Below are positions 51,578 through 58,545 of a stretch of 64,000 nucleotides of DNA, in pieces; position 1 is the first letter of the stretch, and each line of letters opens with the position of its first letter. A model generated the notes under the pieces. That model had not been told where the DNA came from, did not search any database, and saw only the letters and a list, made by a program, of their open reading frames with translations. The translations under genes and the position numbers were made by a program. The DNA comes from an uncultured Sphaerochaeta sp. (GTDB lineage Bacteria > Spirochaetota > Spirochaetia > Sphaerochaetales > Sphaerochaetaceae): the NCBI GenBank assembly GCA_964547185.1, contig CAZJMG010000001.1:61233-125232 (forward strand), in the 5' to 3' direction.

Positions 51578-52552
51578 GGTTTTTGCCAAAGTGTCTACAA
51601 ATCGCCAATCCTTGTCCGACAACACCACAGCAAGTGCTTTGCTGTTTTCCTCGATTTGCTCTGGCTTTCTCGCTCCGCACAGCACATTCATCGTTCTGCT
51701 TGCCTGACTCGTCCACGCTATGATGATAGTACCTATTGAGCAGTCATACTTTTCAGACAACTGTGAAAGAGAGGCAAGCATCGCGAGCACTTTCGGCCGA
51801 TTCTGCTCATTGTACCAAGGAATCGAGGCCTTTGCAGTCCCAACGATGGCAGTTTCAAGATCGACCTTTCCGGTTAGCAATCCTCGTTCAAGTGGACTAT
51901 AGGCTTGGAAAGTAATAGCATGCTCTGCGCAGTAGGTTGCACTTTCTTCCTTGGATCGGGCAAGGAGGCTGAAACGTTCCTGGACAAGAACAGGATTCCC
52001 AAACTTCCGGTACTCCTTCAATTCATCCAAACTGAGGTTGCAAGCACCATAGCTGCGAATCTTTCCTTCTTGCTTGAGCTGTTCCAAGACAGCTACGGTT
52101 TCCTCGATCGGGGTAAAGAATGGGGGTATCGATTGCCAATGAGTCAAAAGCAAGTCAAGGTAATCGGTATCCAAACGCTTGAGCGATTGCTCAACCTGCT
52201 CTCTGATACTTTTTGGGCTAAGATTACGTCGAACCACCACCCCGTCTCGACTCTTATGCACCGAACCTTCATCATCGGGACCCCAAACTAAACCACACTT
52301 CGAAGCAAGCACACACTGAGTTCTCTTTCCCTTAAGGGCTATGGACAAGAGCTCTTCACTTACTCCGTTCCCATAGGCAGGGGCTGTATCGATGAAATTA
52401 ATGCCAAGATCCAGTGCACGATGGACTGTCCTTATGGATTGTTGCTCGTCACTCTCTCCCCAGCTGTCTCCACCTCCCATAGCCCAGGTCCCCAAGGCTA
52501 TGGAAGAGATATCGATGTCTGTGTTTCCTAGTTTCATTACACGCTTCTCCAA
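51569..52552 (-). CDS. aldo/keto reductase
   Basis: 327 aa. GINFIDTAPAYGNGVSEELL, DYLDLLLTHW, AKR catalytic tetrad context. Confidence 0.92.
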   Translation of the reverse strand: MEKRVMKLGNTDIDISSIALGTWAMGGGDSWGESDEQQSIRTVHRALDLGINFIDTAPAYGNGVSEELLSIALKGKRTQCVLASKCGLVWGPDDEGSVHKSRDGVVVRRNLSPKSIREQVEQSLKRLDTDYLDLLLTHWQSIPPFFTPIEETVAVLEQLKQEGKIRSYGACNLSLDELKEYRKFGNPVLVQERFSLLARSKEESATYCAEHAITFQAYSPLERGLLTGKVDLETAIVGTAKASIPWYNEQNRPKVLAMLASLSQLSEKYDCSIGTIIIAWTSQASRTMNVLCGARKPEQIEENSKALAVVLSDKDWRFVDTLAKTLF

Positions 52553-53451
52553 GCTTCCAACAACGTTCTCTTGGCATTTGCAACTACCAAGTCGGCATCT
52601 TCGCCTGCCTGAGGCTTCACCTCAAAGGAAAGAATATTCTTTCCTCCTTCCACCAGATAGCCGATATCCTTCATCTTACAGAGGAACTCAGTAAGATAGT
52701 CTGTATCATTTTCTGATCCCGGATAGCCGAATCTAGGATGATAGTCTCCATAACTGGGATGTGTTGGGTCGCCAATCAAGGTGTTGCCCACATGGACATG
52801 ACGAATATACGCTTGTATTGGATCAACCGCTTCATCAATCGTCTCCCCGATCATCGGGATGTGGGAACAATCGATCATGATGCCGAAATTGTCATATTCG
52901 CTACAGACTTCTTGCGCATATGCACGGACCAACGGTGCCGGTCCGAGCAGTGATTTCTTGTCGATCGTATGGTCGAAGACCTCGAGAACCACAGGCATGT
53001 CACCTTTCTCTTGGGCATACGCACACAACTCTTTCGTGCTTGTAATCAATGCCTTGAGATATTGTTCCTCTTTTCCTTTCTCATACCCTCGGGAAAGAAA
53101 CTGAAATTCTTCAGCTCCCATGGCGTAGGCCTCATCGAGACCTTCTTTCAGAATCGACACAGCCTGTCTTCGTTCTTGCTCATCCAAGCTGTTGATATTG
53201 AGATTATTTGCAAAGAGCAGGGAGTGTCCGCTATAGGTAGCAGTACAGTGTGCCGTCGATACAAGCTTGGGAACCGAATCATTGAGTGCAGCGAAGGGAA
53301 GATGTCCCAGTTCGACAACCTCAAAGAAAGGATCGACAAGGATTTTCTTCAAAGCTTCGATGAAGGCTTGTTCACTAGAAACTGAGTGAGGATAAGCCAT
53401 GGAGACAACGATTCCCATCCTGCAGTAATTATGAATGTCATCTTTCATCAA
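52537..53451 (-). CDS. sugar phosphate isomerase/epimerase (TIM barrel), second copy in the island
   Basis: 304 aa. VLEVFDH, DCSHIPM, VHVGN metal-ligand-like pattern. Confidence 0.85.
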   Translation of the reverse strand: MMKDDIHNYCRMGIVVSMAYPHSVSSEQAFIEALKKILVDPFFEVVELGHLPFAALNDSVPKLVSTAHCTATYSGHSLLFANNLNINSLDEQERRQAVSILKEGLDEAYAMGAEEFQFLSRGYEKGKEEQYLKALITSTKELCAYAQEKGDMPVVLEVFDHTIDKKSLLGPAPLVRAYAQEVCSEYDNFGIMIDCSHIPMIGETIDEAVDPIQAYIRHVHVGNTLIGDPTHPSYGDYHPRFGYPGSENDTDYLTEFLCKMKDIGYLVEGGKNILSFEVKPQAGEDADLVVANAKRTLLEAWRSV

Positions 53452-54110
53452 TCTTGCTCCTTGAGTATTTTCTTTACCTTTTCACAGCAAAGAATCGGGG
53501 AGCCAAGTACCGGGACCTTGGCGATTTCTTGTGCCTTGGCTTGCAAATGCCCCATGGAAGCTTGGGCAAGCACGATGCAGTCATACCCCTTCACCTCTTC
53601 AATCATCTTTAGAACAAGCGCATCATGGGTAGCCATATCGCCCTTGCGCATCGCGGTATACGCAGGTTCATTGTCTTGGGCATCAACTTCTATAGTGACA
53701 CCTGCAAGTTTTGCTTCTTGTTCAAGTTTTGCAATAGTCGGCTTGAGGGTACTCATCGCCGTAGCGACCACCTTGATCTTCCGTCCAAGTCGTACTGCCT
53801 GCTCTGTCATCGCATCGTCGATTGCAACCACAGGGACCCTGATGAAAGGCCTGATCTGTTGTACTGCAGGGGTAAGAGTGGAACAGGTGACTACAATGAC
53901 ATCGGCTTTGGTCAATTCACATGATTTCAAATCATTGAACAACCTATTCATGTTTTCTTGGGAGAAATAACCAATCTCTGCAGGATCGGAAGCGAGGAAG
54001 TCATCAAGGATACTATGCATAATAATCTCTTCTCCCACCACTTCCTGCAACAGCTGAGGAAAACTTCCCAGCACAGGTCTTACCGTATGTATCATCGCAA
54101 CTCGTTTCAT
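53448..54110 (-). CDS. Asp/Glu/hydantoin racemase-superfamily protein
   Basis: 220 aa. VIVVTCSTLTP (first catalytic Cys context), two Rossmann-like halves. The second Cys context reads LAQASMG. Confidence 0.78.
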   Translation of the reverse strand: MKRVAMIHTVRPVLGSFPQLLQEVVGEEIIMHSILDDFLASDPAEIGYFSQENMNRLFNDLKSCELTKADVIVVTCSTLTPAVQQIRPFIRVPVVAIDDAMTEQAVRLGRKIKVVATAMSTLKPTIAKLEQEAKLAGVTIEVDAQDNEPAYTAMRKGDMATHDALVLKMIEEVKGYDCIVLAQASMGHLQAKAQEIAKVPVLGSPILCCEKVKKILKEQD

Positions 54111-54156
54111 GATTCTTACCCTCTTGGAACTTGTTTCTGTAGCTTAGCTGAGCAAT

Positions 54157-54189
54157 AGAGGGATGCAAGAGTCGCCTCTTCATCCCTCT
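54157..54189 (-). promoter_or_regulatory. strong intercistronic stem-loop between tctC and the downstream enzyme genes
   Basis: AGAGGGATG(c)AAGAG-tcgc-CTCTTCATCCCTCT: 14 bp with one bulge and no U-tract on either strand. Confidence 0.5.
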
Positions 54190-54215
54190 ACAATATGTAC
54201 TAGTACTTGTAATCC

Positions 54216-55208
54216 TTACTTATCTTTACCGATAGAAGCAAGATAGTCAGCCTGGAACTTCGTTCCATACGCCTTGAACGTTGCACTATCCATGAAGTCG
54301 GGGATCAACTTCTGTCTTTCGATGTAGCCGGTCTGCCATGCAGAGGTGGCGTTGATCTTCGCAAGCATATCGCTGTAGAAAGCAACAGCTGCAGGACTCA
54401 TCGAACCAGGAGCAACGACAGATCTCCAGTTGGGAACCTCGACGTTGTTGTACCCAAGTTCACTCAAAGTAGGCGCGCCACTGAGATTGCCGGGGAAGCG
54501 ACTGGTTGAAAGAGCCAAAATAGGAGTAATCCTTCCAGCTTCAACATACTGAGCAGCTGCTGCGGGCTTGGAGATCAAGAGGTCAAAGTGACCGCCAAGG
54601 ATTGCAGTAATAGCACCACTGGTTGCATCGTGAGCAATGTAGGAAAGCTGGTCCTGGGTAACCCCAAGTTCCCTGATCAAAGCAGCGTGACAGGCAATGT
54701 CATCACCCTTGGAACCGCCGAGAACCATCCTCTCACCTCTGCCCAATGCAGCAAGAACTTCTTCTACGGTCTTGTACTTGGAGTACTCACCTACAAAAAT
54801 CAAGTGCTTGTCGACTGCCATATGAGCAACAGGCTGGAAGTTCTGAAAACGGTTGTTGGTGTTCATGACCATCGGCATCAAGTCGCCGCTGTTGAAGGTA
54901 AGCAGGGTATGGTCAGCCTGTACACCGGCTCTCATATTGGAAACATAGAGTCTGCCCACTTCGCCGGCACCATCGGTCTTGTACTGGATTACAAAGTTCT
55001 GACCATTTGACAGTTTCTCTGCAGTTGCGATGTCAGTAAGGGTACGAGTAAAGATATCAGATCCACCACCGGGAGAACTGGTAACAACCCATTCAATGTT
55101 CCTTGAAGGAGCAAAGGTCTTCGGACCTTCTGACTCAGCCTGACCGGCAGCATACACGGACATGCTCAAAAGCAGAGCAACACTCAGAAGTAGAACTAAT
55201 TTTTTCAT
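54216..55208 (-). CDS. tctC: tripartite tricarboxylate transporter substrate-binding protein (TctC/Bug family)
   Basis: Signal peptide MKKLVLLLSVALLLSMSVYA. 330 aa Bug-family length. Adjacent to tctA and tctB. Confidence 0.9.
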   Translation of the reverse strand: MKKLVLLLSVALLLSMSVYAAGQAESEGPKTFAPSRNIEWVVTSSPGGGSDIFTRTLTDIATAEKLSNGQNFVIQYKTDGAGEVGRLYVSNMRAGVQADHTLLTFNSGDLMPMVMNTNNRFQNFQPVAHMAVDKHLIFVGEYSKYKTVEEVLAALGRGERMVLGGSKGDDIACHAALIRELGVTQDQLSYIAHDATSGAITAILGGHFDLLISKPAAAAQYVEAGRITPILALSTSRFPGNLSGAPTLSELGYNNVEVPNWRSVVAPGSMSPAAVAFYSDMLAKINATSAWQTGYIERQKLIPDFMDSATFKAYGTKFQADYLASIGKDK

Positions 55209-55292
55209 GTCTAAATCTCCTCTTTTTCTAACGGGACCAAGTCCCGGTTTTCACGTATTTCAAAACCCTTTCCTAAGGATTTTCCGATTACA

Positions 55293-56798
55293 CTATTTTC
55301 TTAAACCGGTCTTTTTCAAAACAAACTTAACCACCGGGGTAAGGATGATAAGAAAGAGAACAGCCAAGAAGAAGGCAGAGATAGGTTTCATAAAGAAGAT
55401 ATCCAAGCTTCCATTGCTGATGATGAAGGCCTTTCTCATGTTTGACTCCAACAGGGGAGCAAGGACAAAAGCCAAGAGCATCGGGGCAACACCATATCCA
55501 TTACGGTCAAGAATGTACCCGGCAACTCCTGAGAGGAACATCACGATGACCCCATACATGGAATAGGATGTACTGTATCCTCCTACGACACATACTACGG
55601 TGATAATCGGGATCAATATTCGTACCGGGACGGTGAGAATCTTGATCAAGAAAGGGATGATTCCCAAAGAAATAATCAACGTCAGCAAGTTGGCGAGGAA
55701 AAGGCTGGCTATCAAGCCCCAGGCGAAATCAGGATTGGTGGAGAAGAGAAGAGGTCCAGGATTAAGGCCCCACATCATCAGACCACCAAGAAGGACTGCA
55801 CCAGTACCTGAGCCGGGTATACCCAAGGCAAGCAAGGGAGCAAAAGAACCTGCAGCCGCTGCGTTGTTCGCAGCTTCACAAGCAGCAATACCTTCCACAG
55901 CACCACTGCCTAGGGGCTCTTCATTCTTGAATGCTTTCTGCATTGCATAGCCGAGGAACGCTCCGGTAGTAGCTCCGGCTCCGGGAAGAACGCCGACGAA
56001 GGTTCCCATGAATCCGCTTCTGACAGCCGGGGGAATAAGGCGTTTCACATCCCGAAGCGTCAGCATAGAGCCCCTGATGGTCAACTTCTGGTTGAGATTC
56101 GCCTCAACCTTCTTATTTCGCTCACCCATCAGCTTCAACACTTGGCTGAATCCAACAGCACCAATAACGAAGGGTGTAAAGGGAATACCTCCAAGCAGAT
56201 AGATATTTCCAAAGTCATAGCGAGGACTTCCGGTAAGGGTATCCATCCCGATGGAGGCAATAAGGATGCCCAACAACGTCAAGACAACACCTTTTGTAGG
56301 ATTCTCACCTACCAGCCATCCAATTGAGGTCATGGCAACCAGAAGCAAGGCTGTCATTTCGGCCGGACCGAACTTCAACCCGATGTCGGCGAGCAACGGA
56401 CCCATGAAGGTAAGTATAAACATCCCGATCAAGCCACCGATGAATGAGGATAGATTAGAAGTAAACAGGGCTTGACCTGGACGATTTCGTTTCGTAGCCA
56501 TCGGATAGCCGTCCAATGCTGTCATGACAGCCGGTGAATCACCGGGGATGTTCAACAGAATGGCACTGAATGAGCCACCGTACATGTTCGAGTAGTACAA
56601 GGCTCCAAGCATAATGATGGCAGTGGTGGGATTGAATCTGTAGGTAAGGGGCAGCAGCAAGGCTACTCCGGCGAGAGACCCAATACCAGGCATGGCTCCG
56701 ACGACCAGTCCGAGCACTGCTCCAAGCATGGTTACCAATACATTTTCCAAAGTAAGGACTACTGAGAAGCCCATGAATAATAATTGCAAGTTTTCCAT
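55293..56798 (-). CDS. tctA: tripartite tricarboxylate transporter large permease TctA
   Basis: 501 aa polytopic. GAVLGLVVGAMPGIG and GVLPGAGATTGAFLGY motifs. Confidence 0.92.
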   Translation of the reverse strand: MENLQLLFMGFSVVLTLENVLVTMLGAVLGLVVGAMPGIGSLAGVALLLPLTYRFNPTTAIIMLGALYYSNMYGGSFSAILLNIPGDSPAVMTALDGYPMATKRNRPGQALFTSNLSSFIGGLIGMFILTFMGPLLADIGLKFGPAEMTALLLVAMTSIGWLVGENPTKGVVLTLLGILIASIGMDTLTGSPRYDFGNIYLLGGIPFTPFVIGAVGFSQVLKLMGERNKKVEANLNQKLTIRGSMLTLRDVKRLIPPAVRSGFMGTFVGVLPGAGATTGAFLGYAMQKAFKNEEPLGSGAVEGIAACEAANNAAAAGSFAPLLALGIPGSGTGAVLLGGLMMWGLNPGPLLFSTNPDFAWGLIASLFLANLLTLIISLGIIPFLIKILTVPVRILIPIITVVCVVGGYSTSYSMYGVIVMFLSGVAGYILDRNGYGVAPMLLAFVLAPLLESNMRKAFIISNGSLDIFFMKPISAFFLAVLFLIILTPVVKFVLKKTGLRK

Positions 56799-56808
56799 AT
56801 TCAGCTCC

Positions 56809-57267
56809 TTAGTAGGCGATCAGGTTGTAGATGAATCCCTTCGGAAAGGGAACCCCAAGCCAGAATACAAAAGCACCGAGAACGATGGCTGCAATGATGG
56901 CAAATCCAATCAAGGTGGTTTTCCAGCTGAACTTCTCATACCACTTCAACCAAAGAATGACAAATATTGCCAAGGAGGGGAGCATGCCGATTATAAACGT
57001 AGCAAGCATGATAGCCACCACTCCTAGGGCAGGATACCAGTTTTCAATGGGGTAGCTTGTTTCAGTCTCTTTTCTGCCTCCCAAAAAAGCAATTAGGCTG
57101 ATTACCAACAAGACACTACCGATGATAGTGGGAAAGAAACCAGGAAGGGGGCCTCTGAGTTCATGCCAGAATCCATACTGGGTGACTCCGAGAATGATGA
57201 AGGCCAAAGCAATCAGGGCTGTGACGATAGGTATCACCATTTTACTCGTAATCTTTTTTATCTGCAT
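56809..57267 (-). CDS. tctB: tripartite tricarboxylate transporter small permease TctB
   Basis: 152 aa, 4 TM, immediately upstream of tctA. Confidence 0.8.
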   Translation of the reverse strand: MQIKKITSKMVIPIVTALIALAFIILGVTQYGFWHELRGPLPGFFPTIIGSVLLVISLIAFLGGRKETETSYPIENWYPALGVVAIMLATFIIGMLPSLAIFVILWLKWYEKFSWKTTLIGFAIIAAIVLGAFVFWLGVPFPKGFIYNLIAY

Positions 57268-57280
57268 ACTGTATATCTCC

Positions 57281-58288
57281 TTAGGAGCGAGAGCGCAGAT
57301 GGTTTGCCATACGGCAGGCCATTTTTACTGCATTCTCAAAAGCACTGGTCTTTACAATTCCTTTACCGGCTATATCATAGGCGGTACCATGAGCACAGGT
57401 AACTATCGGGGCAGGAAGGCCTCCTGCTATGGTGATACCCTCATCAAATCCTCTCAGCTTAAGAGCTATCTGACCTTGGTCATGGTACATCGTCACCACT
57501 CCATCAAACTCCCCACGGAATGCCTTGATAAAGGTAATGTCGCTTGGATAGGGGCCTGATGCATCGATTCCCATCTTCCTTGCTTCTGCAATTGCAGGTT
57601 CTATGACATCAATTTCCTCACGGCCGCACAGTCCATGTTCACCGGCGTGGGGATTGAGGGCGGCAAGTGCAAGTCTTGGTTTGGTGATACCGCTGTTTTT
57701 CAAAGAAGTATTGGCCAGACGGACTGCTCGCATGATAGTCTGGACGCTCAGATTCTTGCTTACTTCACTGATAGGGATATGGCTGGTTGTGCGAGTAGTC
57801 CAAAGGTCACCCAACACATTGATCTCTCCAAAGGGCTCGGTGTGATTGAACAACTGAGCCAAGTAGTGATGTTCACTTTCCAGTGCACAACCGGCCTCTT
57901 TCATGCCTGCTTTATTGAAGGGGCCAAAACAGAAGCCTTCAATCTTCTTGTCCTTATAAAGCTCAACACCAAGCTTCATAGCATGCAAATTTGCCTTGCC
58001 TGCTTCGATGGTCAACGTTCCATAGACGACGGTATTGGGATCTTGGTCTTTTTGGTCAAGTACAGGGATACCGACAGTCCAGTCGGCCTGATCGACCTCA
58101 TCAATTATCTGTAGGGGGACTGATGCACCGAGGACAGAGAATGCTCGTTCGAGCAACCTGGCATCACCGATGATCACTGGCTTGCAATATTGATTAAAAA
58201 AGTTGCTGATTGCTAGCTTGGCAATAATTTCAGGTCCGACTCCGGCTCCATCACCGATCAAGATTCCCAATACAGGTGTATCATTCAT
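57281..58288 (-). CDS. PdxA-family NAD-dependent dehydrogenase (4-hydroxythreonine-4-phosphate / 4-phospho-D-threonate dehydrogenase-like)
   Basis: 335 aa. LGILIGDGAGVGPEII, ALNPHAGEHG, MYHDQG, CAHGTAYDIAGKG are PdxA motifs. Confidence 0.9.
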   Translation of the reverse strand: MNDTPVLGILIGDGAGVGPEIIAKLAISNFFNQYCKPVIIGDARLLERAFSVLGASVPLQIIDEVDQADWTVGIPVLDQKDQDPNTVVYGTLTIEAGKANLHAMKLGVELYKDKKIEGFCFGPFNKAGMKEAGCALESEHHYLAQLFNHTEPFGEINVLGDLWTTRTTSHIPISEVSKNLSVQTIMRAVRLANTSLKNSGITKPRLALAALNPHAGEHGLCGREEIDVIEPAIAEARKMGIDASGPYPSDITFIKAFRGEFDGVVTMYHDQGQIALKLRGFDEGITIAGGLPAPIVTCAHGTAYDIAGKGIVKTSAFENAVKMACRMANHLRSRS

Positions 58289-58348
58289 AGAAGTGCTCCC
58301 TCTTTAAAATACAGTGAATACGAACTACATCACTCGTATCTTAAGTAA

Positions 58349-58364
58349 AGCAACTAGCGTGCCA
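58349..58364 (-). promoter_or_regulatory. sigma-54 (-24/-12) promoter of the pdxA-like/tctBAC operon
   Basis: The minus strand reads TGGCACgctagTTGCT, about 60 nt upstream of ATG 58288, directly downstream of the EBP gene. Confidence 0.72.
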
Positions 58365-58375
58365 ACTTCCTTATA

Positions 58376-58414
58376 TTGTATACAATTTGTTTGTTTTTGG
58401 TTTTTTGTATACAG
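58376..58414 (-). promoter_or_regulatory. pair of TGTATACA boxes just upstream of the sigma-54 promoter
   Basis: TTGTATACAA (58376-58385) and TTGTATACAG (58405-58414). The latter 10-mer is identical to the box at the tkt2 promoter (49618-49627, opposite strand). Confidence 0.45.
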
Positions 58415-58497
58415 TTTATCTCTTGGTAATTCAATCAAATATGAAAAAAATATAAGAAATTTCTAAAAATTTTGATAATACGTGTCTAAGAATAGGG

Positions 58498-58545
58498 GTG
58501 TTTCATAAAACGTTTCATGTTTCAATTGAAACATTTCTGAAACAT
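58498..58545. promoter_or_regulatory. nested TGTTTCA/TGAAACA inverted repeats (candidate EBP UAS and/or EBP-gene terminator)
   Basis: 18-bp perfect palindrome ATGTTTCAATTGAAACAT (58517-58534), flanked by TGTTTCA (58499-58505) and TGAAACA (58538-58544), about 160 nt upstream of the -24 element. Confidence 0.45.
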
